Assembly (NCBI GenBank): GCA_038087875.1
Contig: CM075977.1
Location: 353,586,001 to 353,650,000, forward strand
Direction of reading: 5' to 3'
Origin: Malacoraja senta
Lineage: Eukaryota
DNA length: 64,000 nt
A model generated the notes under the pieces. It did not search any database. It saw only the letters and a program-made list of their open reading frames with translations, and was not told where the DNA came from. Positions 48,501-60,500 of this stretch are shown here, piece after piece (position 1 is the first letter of the stretch; the number at the start of each line of letters is the position of its first letter). A program made the position numbers and the translations under genes.

Positions 48501-51500
48501 CACCAGGCACTGTGATGGAGGCAAAAGTCTTAAAGTCTCTGTCTCTTCCCTCTTTGTTCTCCCTCTGCGCTGAGGCGATCCAGGCTTCTGATGTTGTGAC
48601 CCCGCCGGGGGGATGGTAAGTCAGTCCCGCGGCTGAATCCGTGCTCCGTCCGCGACGGGCCGGTTCAAACTCCGCGGCCCAGTGTGGCCGAAGCTGCCGC
48701 CCTCCAGTCCAGCGGACGCAGCTGTAGTTGCTGGAGCCCCAGAAAAACAGGTCACCCACCTGTGACCTGCGAGCTCCCGACGATGTCGTCCACCGGGCCC
48801 GCGGCCGAGCCTCCGGAATCAGGTCGCCACCAGCGTCCTCGGTCGCCACCGCCGGAACGCCACCGCAGCCCTGAAGCCGGCCAGCCCCGCGCTGGTAAGT
48901 CCTGGCTCTGCCTCCGGAGCCACGAGGTCGGTCCGCCATTTTGGCCTCAGCGCAGACGGAGGCAGAGAAGGGGGATACGACAAGAAAAAGTCGCATTCCC
49001 CCGAAGGAAGAGACAACCATCAGTCTATCCAACACCATTTCCTGCCTAATTTCTTTCAATGAAACCGAAGTCCCACCTGCTGCTTCAATGTAATCATTAA
49101 TCTCCAATGGCCTATTGGCAAACTAGACCATACATTTTTTTAAATGCCACTATTTACATTGATGGTCTTCTGCGAAGATAATGTTCACAGTGTTGAGGTC
49201 AAAGCGAAGAAAATATTTTCAAAGAAAATGTTGCTAGTTGTTCAGAATACCTTTATTTCATGCAGGAAGATTTAGAGGCTGGAATAATAATAGAACACTT
49301 TTGTACCTACTTAGAAGCAACATGAAGACATTGTTTACTCTGATCGGTTCAGGCCTGTGACACTCCTTTATTAAATAAAAACTTTAAAAATATATTTTAC
49401 AGGAAAGGGGAGATCCTAAAAGTATTCTTAAAGGTTTGCCTGATCTGAATCTTCTGTTTCAACCACATGTACAAATATAACAGGCTGTTCAAAGCAATGA
49501 GCATGTGCCTAGAAACAAACTGCTCGTCTAATCTCCAGCATGATACAAAAAAAATCAGGATGCATACCTTGAACATCTCAAGAAGAGTCTCTTTCTTCAC
49601 TTCAAGTCTCTCAAATGGCTGTTTGTCCTTCATTATACGTTTACATAGGCTTTCCAACGCTGGGAAATCATTGCTGGAAACACCCCTGTTGTAACAGAAG
49701 GTTTGTATTAAAATATACAAAAAGTAATTTACCAATATATAGATCATTGGAACTAACAAAAAACATAATTAACAGAACCATACCCTTCTTCCAAGAACAT
49801 GTCATAATAAAATCCATTTTCAATGGGTGGTCCATAGCAGAGACATCCTCCAAAGATTCGTTCCATGGCCTCGCCCAATATATGAGCACTGGAATGCCAA
49901 TATACCTGGTACAGAAAACAAAGTTGTTGATATATGCAAAAATAATATGATGATACAAATACTTATTTACTGACAATTCTTGAATTAGTATCTGCATTGC
50001 ACATTACGCTCTTAAATTTGACTAGAACCTTACTCAGTGCTGCCTGGGTATTCCTGATCCCTCATTCAGAACAGCTTTGTACCTGCCTACACTATTGAAG
50101 AGATAACCAACTGCTCATGCTGTGAGATATTCCACCCTTCCCAATGCTGCACACTGCTGTGCTAGGTAACTGGCATGAATCTCACATGCGATGACTCACC
50201 CTGCAGATGGGTGTGGAGAAGCTGCCTGCAAGAACTGGTGCTGGGCAGACTTGACTGCTGAACTCTGAAATGTGGGACTCGGGTATGTGAACTGGCTTGC
50301 ATGGTGAGAGCAGGCCATTGCTGTGGGCTGGCAGCACCTCCTCCATGTATCAACAGACCAGCAGGATTTCATGGTGTCTCATTATCTCCTGTCTGCAGAT
50401 TTCTGTTTGGCAACTTGTTCAATGATGGACTCAGGCCTTTGGTCCTGCTATCATATCCTTATATCATATCATATCCCTGGTCTGGGGAGAGCTGCGCAGC
50501 CAAACAAAGAGAAGGGAGATGTCAGCTTCCATCATATTCAACAGAAGACCATTTGAGATACCCAAGGACATGGGCAGTCCACTAATGCATGGAGCAGATG
50601 CTGCAATAATCCAAATTTACAATGCCAGCAGAAGTGCAAACTCAGGCCCCAAACGTCAGTGCAAGCAGACTGACCATTCACTTGCCAGACTGAGCTGTTT
50701 GTGTCTGGCATCTGGCCCAGCAATATGGTCAGCAAGATACATCACAACACAATTTAACACTAACTCCACTTCCAATCTTGTTTGAAGAACAAGAAAGCAT
50801 CCTCAGCACTAATCACTTGTCCTGCTAATAGGCTTCTGATCTGCTGTAGAGGCCATCTTATTATTTCTCTAATTTAGAGCAAGTACTTGTGTAAAAATCC
50901 CACAGAGAACGGTGTCAAAGCAGAAATGCAACAAATAGTAAACATTAAAGGACACAAAGTGCTGCAGTAACTCAGCGGGTCAGGCAGTATCTCTGGAGAA
51001 CAGAGATAGGTGATGGTTTGGGTCAGGACCTTCTTCAGCTTGTTTGTTCACTGATGACTGCCAAATTTAGGCCTGTTATTTGTTGAATTGCAACAAAAGG
51101 CAAGATTTTATGGACACTTCAAGGGCCAACTCAGATGATTTGAAATAATAGTTTCCAAAGGACAAAGGACATTTATTTGTCACGTACACCAATTGGTGTA
51201 GTGAAATTTGTCTTGCCATGCAGCACACAGATAAAGATAAGACACAACATTAAAGAATTTAACAATAAACATAAAAAAACATCCCCCCACAATGGTTCCC
51301 ACTGTGAGGGAAGGCACAAAGTCTAGTCCCCATCCCCTTGTCCACCCATAATCGGGCCTATTGAGGCCTCCGCAGTCGCCGCCACGGGGCCCGATGTTTC
51401 AGGCCCTTCTTCGCCGGGTGATGGTGCTCCGGCGTCGGGAGAATCCTCTCAGCGGCTTGGGACACCTGGAGCAGCCGCTTCCTAACTGGAGACCGCGGCT

Positions 51501-54500
51501 TCCAAAGCTGACAGGCCGCGCTCGATGGAGCTTCACCACTGGCGATCTCGTCGCGAGATCCCAGGCTCCCGGTGAAAAGTTCAGCGGTGCCACCTGCAGC
51601 TGGCCGCTCCGCAGACCCGCAGCTCCGCGATGTTCACCTGCGGTCGCACCATTCCGGAGCTCCAGCGCGGCGACCCGGGCAAGGCATCGCCCGCCCCGCT
51701 CCGCGATAGCGCTCCAGCGCTGTGCCGCCGCCAAAGCCGAGGTTCTGGGCGGTCCCCGACAGGAAACGCCACTCCAGGCCCGCTGGTAGGCCGCGAGGAC
51801 GTTGCAGCCCGGAGAAAAGCTGCCTCTCCGACCAGGTAGGGACCCTAGAAAACAATTCCCCCCTTCCCTTTCCCCCCCCCTCCCCCACATAAAAAAGGCT
51901 AGAACTCCGAAAACAAAAAAACTCAACTAACTAAAAATTAAAAAAGAGAAAAAAAGACAGCTGCAGGCTGGGCAGCCATACCCATACAGGACGGCGCCGT
52001 AATTCCATTGAAGTACGATACAAATTAAAACAATGCACAAAATAACTTGGGTCAGATAGGCTGGGGATTTGGGTGGAGTTGAACTGTGCCTTATGATGGC
52101 GTGTTAAATTCAGGCCAAGAATATGCATGTTAAACTAGACAGTATTTATTTGTCAAACTAACTCGTTTGCCAAGAGGAATGCAGACAATTAAAACTGACC
52201 ACTGATGCTTCCCAATAGTTGTAAACAAGGATTACTTACTGCTTGAGCCTCTTCATCATCAAATGTGAGCAATTTTAGACTGCAGTCTCCTTCTAAAGGT
52301 CGATCCAAGTCCCATACCATTCCATTTATTTTGGCAACAACAACTTTATCGGCCAAACCCTGACTGCAGTAAAATATTAAATAAATGGGATTTTACAAAG
52401 TATTTTATTTTAAGTTAAATAAGAATATTTATTTCGTGCCTTCCACTTTGAAAGTCTTCACACAATCAAGTTTTTGAAATGCAATTTAGATAAACATTCA
52501 CACAAATACAAAATGTGGCAATTCAATTTAATTGCTCTGGAACAGGACAGGGCTAAAAAGGTGGGATCACATTGGTAAGCGGCAGATGAAGGAATACATG
52601 TCAGCACGACAGCATAGATGGTAAACTGAAACAAGGCCCCTAACAAATCTTGTGTAGGAACAACTGCAGATGTTGATTTAAACCGAAGGTAGACACGAAT
52701 TGGTGGAGTAACTCTGCGGGACAGGCAGCATCTCTCGAGAGAAGGAATGGGCGATGTTTCGGGTCGAGGCCCTTCTTCAAACTAGTCAGGGGAAAGGGAA
52801 ACAAGAGAGTCGAGGGAGAAGATATAGGGACAGGTCTTGGTAAAGGGAGGAGGTGTAAGAACAGGATAACTCATCCCTTCCCACCCAAACCACCGCCTCC
52901 CCAGGTACCTTCCCCTGCAACTGCAGGATATGCAACATCTGTCCCTGTACCTCCTCCCTCGACTCTGACCAGGGACAGACAGTCCTCAGATTAGGCAGAG
53001 GTTCACTTAAACCTCCTCCTCATCTACTGTATCCGTTGTTCAAGATATGGACATTTATACATTGGAGAGATCAAACGTAGACTGGGCGATCGTTTCGCTG
53101 AACACCTTCGCTCATGCCACCTGGACATACCCGATTGCCCGGTTGCCAAACACTTTAATTCCCCTTCCCACACTGACCTTTCTGTCCTAGGCCTCCTCCA
53201 TTGTCAGAGTGAGGCTAATCGCAAATTGGAGGGACAGAATCTCACATTTTGCTTGGGCAGCTTACAACCCAGTGGTATGAATATTGATTTCTCTCACTTC
53301 GTAACCACTGCACTCCCTCTCTCCATCCCTCTCCCATCCAAGTCGCACCAGGTTCCCGTTCACATCTAGCAAACAGCTAACAATGGCCTGTTTCCTTTAT
53401 CATTGTAGGTAGACAAAATTGCTGGAGAAACTCAGCGGGTGCACATCTATGGAGCGAAGGAAAGAGGCAACGTTTCGGGCCAAAACTCTTCTTCAGTCTG
53501 ATGCTCCCAGCAATTTTGTCTACCTTCGATTCTCCAGCATCTGCAGTTCCTTCTTCAACAATCCTTTATCATTGTTACTTCTTTCATTTATTTGTTCTAT
53601 ATCTCTCTACATCACTGTCTATATCTTTCTTTTCCCTTTCCCCTGACTAGTCTGAAGAAGAGTCTCGACCCAAAATGTCACCCATTCCTTCCCTCCAGAG
53701 TTGCTGCCTGTCCCGCTGAGTTGCCCTAATAAATCTTAGCACCCACAGAAAAATTTAACAGAATGTTTGCTAGTAATTATTGATACCAAATAGGTGAATA
53801 AAATGATAATTAATGGTGTGTCGTCAATCAGGTTAAAAACACCACAAGTTTACATACAGAACCAAAATTATAGCAACACAGAAAACTACTCATCTGGCCT
53901 TTGATACAAAGGAGAAAATCATTCTGCATTATTCTCAGTTATCAGCACACTGAAGGAAAGCATCATTATCAACTAGCGATCTCACCAACACCCTGCACAC
54001 AAATCGTCTGTTTGGGTTTCAACTAGACCACTTATACTCTAAACCTCATATCAGCTTCAGTTGAAACATAGAGCTTAATGTTAATGAGCCCTGGACATGA
54101 AAGCACCATTTAATTTAGCAAGACTAAAGAAGTCACGCAAAGTTGAAGTCAATGAAAGCCAAGGAGAAAACTCTCGTCTGGCTAATGTCATACAGAACAC
54201 ACACGGTATCAGCGACATTTGGGTGGTCAATTTTTATTCCTACCCTGCCAATGGAAACACTCAGCAGATCAGATAGTATCTGTGGAAAGAGAAAGAGTTA
54301 ACAGACCTAGTCATCCAAGTGTGACATTGGCTCAGGTCTCTGTGGTCTGACCAGCAGTACGTCTTGTAGCCCTGCATTTTAAAAATTTTGTGTTCTCATT
54401 CTCTTATTGCCCTCACTTCATAGCTTTTATGAACATTCACTTTTGTTATCCAAACTGCCCTAAATGCACAAGATGACCTACTTTATAACTTCAGATTTTG

Positions 54501-57500
54501 AGTCGGAAAGAGTCCCGAGCCCAAACCTCACCGATCCACGCTATCGAAAATTGCTGCCTGATCTGCTGAGTTACTCAAGCACCTTATGTCTTAATTTATA
54601 GCTTATTCCCCAAATAACCTTGGCCTTAGCCTTTCAGAGGTATTTTCATTGCTCTATTTATTTTCTCCCTCTCCAACTTCAAAACAATTTAATATTTACT
54701 CCTTCACTTTTCTGACGATATTGACATTATGTCCCCTGAATGACTTTCCAAATACTTCCAGCATTTTTTATTTTCATTTCAAATTTGCTGCATCTTGAGT
54801 TATTGTTTGACGTTTACAATGCTTGTGTCGTTAGATGGCGTTGAAGAATTATAGCACAATCTTCAACAGCTGGGCAAGGGGACTGACGAATGACAAATGG
54901 GAAGTCAAGCCAACGCAGGCCCTTCACAGTGAGTGGTGGGGACCTACAGCAGAGGGATATTGGAGTAAAAGTACATAGTTCCCTGAAAGTGGTGGCACAG
55001 GTAGATTGGGTGGTGAGGAAGCCTCAAACACCCAAGAGCTATGGCAATAAGAAATGGATAATAACTGCCAGCTTTGTTGACTTGATCTAAAAGAATTAAA
55101 CAATTAAAAACTTATAACAATCTAGGCATTGTTCTCAAAAGTCAACTGTGTAATCCGATCAACAGATATTAGAACCTTAGCTTTCTCCACTTTGGTGAGA
55201 AATGCCACATATTAAAAATATCCCTTTGCTCTCATTCGTCATTTTTTCTGTAATCTTACTATAACATTAATCTCTATGATATGACACCATAATAAGTTTC
55301 ATTGTAATAAAGCATCAACAGAGAATACGCCACCTGATTCCACAGGCAATCTTGTAGGGAGTGCTTTTCCAGGAGTCTCCTTGTACTTGTTTCCCGTCTG
55401 GCAAAGTAATCGTTATTTGTTTGCTCTCATTGCTTACACGCTCTGCTAGAATGGAGTCATTTTCTGCTTTGAGTTTGTTGTACAGTTCAAGTCGCTCATT
55501 GATGTAAGCTGGCCATGGATTCAACTAAACAGGAGCATAAAAAAGAAAAAAAATTATTAGGAATCTTCAATACCATATGTGTAGGAAGGAACTGCAGATC
55601 TGGTTTACACTGAAAATAGACACAAAATGTTGGAGTAAGTCAGCAGGATAGGCAGCACCTCTGGATAGAAGGAATAGTTGGGTGACTTTAATCTATATAT
55701 AGATTGGGCCAACCAAATTGGTAAAAACACTGAGGAGGAGGATTTCAGGGAGTGTATACAGGATGGTTTTCTAAGCCAATATGTAGAGGAACCAACTAGA
55801 GGGCAGACCCTTGAAGACTGAAAAAGGTGAATTTATTATGGGGAACAAGGAAATGGCAGATGAGTTGAACAGGTACTTTGGATCCGTCTTCACTAACAAT
55901 CTTCCTGATATAGTAGGGGTCAGAGGATCTGGGGTGACGGAGGAACTGAAGGAAATCCACATTAGGCAGGAAATGGTGTTGGGTAGACTGATGGGACTAA
56001 AGGCTGATAAATCCCCAGAGCCTGATGGTCTGCATCCCAGGGTACTTAAGGAAGTGGCTCTAGAAATCGTGGATGCTTTGGTGATAATTTTCCATTGTTC
56101 TATAGACTCAGGATCAGTTCCTGTGGATTGGAGGGTAGCTAATGTTACCCCACTTTTTAAGAAAGTCGGGAGAGAGAAAACAGGGAATTATAGACCAGTT
56201 AGCCTGACATCGGTGGTGAGGAAGATGCTAGAGTCAATTATAAAAGATGAAATATCCGCACATTTGGATAGCAGTAACAGGATCGGTCCGAGTCAGCATG
56301 GATTTATGTAGGGGAAATCATGCTCGACTAATCTTCTGGAATTTTTTGAGGATGTAACTAGGAAAATGGACAAGGGAGAGGCAGTGGAAGTAGTGTACCT
56401 GGACTTTCAGAAAGCATTTGATAAGGTCCCACATAGGAGATTAGTGGGCAAAATGAGGGCACATGGTATTGGGGGTAGAGTGCTGACATGAATAGAAAAT
56501 TGGTTGGCAGACAGGAAACAAAGAGTAGGGATTAACGGGTCCCTTTCAGAATGGCAGGCAGTGACTAGTGGGGTACCGCAAGGCTCGGTGCTGGGACCGT
56601 AGATATTTACAATATACATCAATGATTTGGATGAAGGGATTCAAAGTAACATTAGCACATTTGCAGATGACACAAAGCTGGGTGGCAGTGTGAACTATGA
56701 TAATGCAGAGTGACTTGGACAGGTTGGGGGAGTGGGCAGATGCATGGCAGATGAAGTTTAATGTGGATAAATGTGAGGTTATCCACTTTGGTATAAAAAA
56801 CAGGAAGGCAGTCAAGCTATCTATATGGCTTCAAGTTGGGAAAAGGGGAGGTATAACGGGATCTGGGGGTCCTTGTTGATCAGTCTATGAAAGTAAGCAT
56901 GCAGGTACAGCAGGCAGTGAAGAAAGCGAATGGCATGTTGGCCTTTATAACAAGAGGAGTATAGGAGCAAAGGGCTCCTTCTGCAGTTGTACAGGGCCCT
57001 AGTGAGACCACACCTGGGGTATAGTGTGCAGTTTAGGTCCCCTAATTTGAGGAAGGATATTCTTGCTAGTGAGGGAGTGCAGCGTAGGTTTACATGGTTA
57101 ATTCCCGGGATGGCGGGACTGTCACATGCTGAGAGAATGGAGCGGCTGGGCTTGTACACTCTGGAGTTTAGAAGGATGAGAGGGATTCTTATTGAAACAC
57201 ATAAGATTGTTAAGGGTTTGGACATGCTAGAGGCAGGAAACATGTTCCCGATGTTGGGGGAGTCCAGAACCAGGGGCCACAGTTTAAGAATAAGGTGTAA
57301 GCCATTTAGAACGGAGACGAGGAAACACTTTTTCTCACAGAGAGTTGTGAGTCTGTGGAATTCTCTGCCTCAGAGGGCGGTGGAGGCCGGTTCCTTGGAT
57401 ACTTTCAAGAGAGAGCTAGATAGGGCTCTTAAAGATAGCGGAGTCAGGGGATATGGGGAGAAGGCAGGAACGGGGTACTGATTGTGAATGATCAGCCATG

Positions 57501-60500
57501 ATCACATTGAATGGCGGTGCTGGCTCGAAGGGCTGAATGGCCTACTCCTGCACATATTGTCTATTATTGTCATCCTAGACTGGATATTGTGTAATGAGAA
57601 AGGATTAGTTAGCAATCTTGTTGTGCAAAGCCCCTTGGGCAACAGTGACCAAAATATGGTAGAATTCTGCAATAAGATGGAAAGTGACAGTTAATTCAGA
57701 GACAGGGGTCCTGAACTTAAAGAAAGGTAACTTTGATGGTATGAGACGGGAATTGGCTTGAATAGACTGGCAAACGATACTTAAAGGGTTGATGGTGGAT
57801 ATGCAATGGTAAAGATTTAAAGATCACATGGATGAATCGCAACAATTGTTCATCCCTGTTTGGCGTAAAAATAAAACAGGGAAGGTGCCTCAACCGAGGC
57901 TAACGAGGGAAATTAGGCATAGTGTTAAATCCAAGGAAGAGGCATATAAATTGGCCAGTGGAAGCAGCAAACCGGAGGACTGGGGGACATTTAGAATTCA
58001 ACAGAGGAGAAAGGGGATAATTAAGAGGGGTAAAATATTGCATGAAAGAAAGCTTGCAGGGAATATAAAAGCTGATTGTAAAAGCTTATTTTGATATGTG
58101 GAGAGAGAAGATTAAAGACAAATGTAGGTCCCTTCCAGTCGGAAACAGGTGAATTTATAATGGGAAACAAGGAAATGGCAGACCAGTTAAAAAAGTACTT
58201 TGGTGCTGACTTCATTAAGAAAGACACAAACAATCTCCCAGAAATACTATGGGACCGAGGATCTAGTGGGAGGGAGGAACTGAAGGAAATCCACATTAGT
58301 CAGGAAATGGTGTTAGGTAAACTGTTGGGACTGAAGGTAGATAAATCCCCAGGGCCTGATGATCTGCATCCCAGAGTACTCAAGGAGATGGCCTGAGAAA
58401 TCATGGATGCATTAGTGATCATTTCCCAATGTTCTATAGATTCTGGATCAGTTCCTGTGAACTGTAAGGTAGCTAATGTAACCCCACTTTTTAAGAAAGG
58501 AGGGAGAGAGAAAACAGGGAATTATAGACCTGTTAGCCTTACATCGATAGTGAGGAAGATGCTCGAGTCGATTATAAAAGATGTAATAGCAGCGCATTTG
58601 GAAAGCAGTGACAGGATCGGTCAAAGTCAACATGGGTTTATGAAGGGGAAATCATGCTTGACTAATCTTCTGGAATTTGCATGGTGCCGCAGCGCTCATA
58701 CTAGCAAGCTAGTCGCCATCCTCAACAACACCATGCGGATCATCACCGACTGCCTATTCCCTACTCCAACGGATCTTCTGCCGGTACTCGCAGGTATCGC
58801 ACCCGCCAACTTCACTCATAGGCTGGTGTGCAAGGCCCCATCGGACGCCAAACATCCTCTGCACCACCTCGCCTAGGACTCGCAGCAACTCAACGCCTGC
58901 CATCTCGTCGCCCTTACTCCCGTCGCACAGCGACACTCTGTGGCTCCGGTTTCAACACACTAGGAGCATGGAGAACCGGCTGGGAACAAACTTCACGACC
59001 TCCGCAATTCCCTGTTGCACCGAACACCACAGGCCCACCCGGCTTGGACGTGCCCCGCAAAGAGTGGGTCGCCCTGAACCGGCTCCGTACAGGGGGCGGC
59101 AGGTTCAATGCCAACATGTATCGCTGGGGGCTGCGTTCATCAGCAGCCTGCGTGTGTGGAGCAGACCAGCAAACAGCGCAGCACATCATTTTCGACTGCG
59201 CTGTCCTCCACCCCCCTGGTGGAGGGGTAGACCTCACGGCCCTCGACAACAGCACATTGAACTGGCTACAACGCCTGGAGGGCGTTACATAACTCTGCTG
59301 CCTCAAATGCAAGAAGAAGTGGTTGGCCATTTAGGACTGAAATGAGGAAAAACTTTTTCAGCCAGAGAGTTGTGAATCTGTGGAATTCTCAACAGGAGGC
59401 AGTGGAGGCCAATTCACTGGATGTATTCAAGAGTTAGATATAGCTCTTAGGGCTAATGGAATCAAGGGATATGGGGAGAAAGCTGGAACGGGGTACTGAT
59501 TTTGGATGATCAGCCATGATCATATTGAATGGTAGTGCTAGCTCAAAGGGCTGAATGGACAACTCCTGCACCTATTTTGTGTTTCTGTGTTTCAATGTTT
59601 CGGGTCGAGCCCCTTCTATGGACTGTCTGGTGTCTGAAGGATCTCAGCTCGAAACATCACCCATTTCTTCTATCCAGAGATGCTGACCACCCCCCTGAGT
59701 TACTCCTGCATTTTGCGTCTATCTTCAATACCGTCACAGCTGGATTAAGAACGCACTGATAATGCACTTGATGAAATAACACACTGTTAACAGCATTTCT
59801 ACCCATTTTCAGTTAAGACTGCAGGTTTGTAGTACTTGGCTCAAAATAAGTCAAAGTAAAATGAAACAATACCTCAATCACAATTATTTCTCACAAATAT
59901 TTGCAGTTAGTTACCAACTTATCTGTAGTAATTTATGACAATTACTTATTAAAGTTTGTTGAATCTGTTTACTGCATGATCCAGCATAAATATATTCTCA
60001 ATCTTTCCACAATATTCCCACCATTAAGCAATGTGTTATTTTGTGTCCAAGATGGCTGCCGGAGGGGAGAGTGGACGCTGGCGCGCTTTAGCAGCCGCTG
60101 CTCTCTCTTCCATATTGTGTTTTTCATTTAAATCTTTTTATTTGAATTTCACAGCAATTTGCATACATACTATAATAACAGACAGTGACAGTCAAGGCAT
60201 AATTGTACAACAGTATGTAAGCGATCCTCAAAACCCTTATCCTTACCCACCTTCAACCCACCCAAGTCAGGTCGGAACCAAACGGGGACAAACAACACTC
60301 ACATACGTACACGTCCACAATCAAATGGTAAAATAAACAAAACAAAATGTGCTATAAAAAAAATATTTAAAAAATGAAAAGGAAAAAAATATTTAAATAA
60401 ATAATTGTGGGGACGGTGGGATTAAGGGGAAAGCAGCTGCTGTAGAACAAAACAATGGTGGAGAACACTCAGTCCTCTTCCGAGTCCGGGGACAAGTTAA

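Noticed and set aside
48379-49107. 242-aa ORF and other long ORFs in CpG-rich insertions (for example 51399-51926, 20663-21178)
   Set aside because: Stop-poor GC-rich repeat DNA; the ORFs cross element boundaries and show no recognisable domain.
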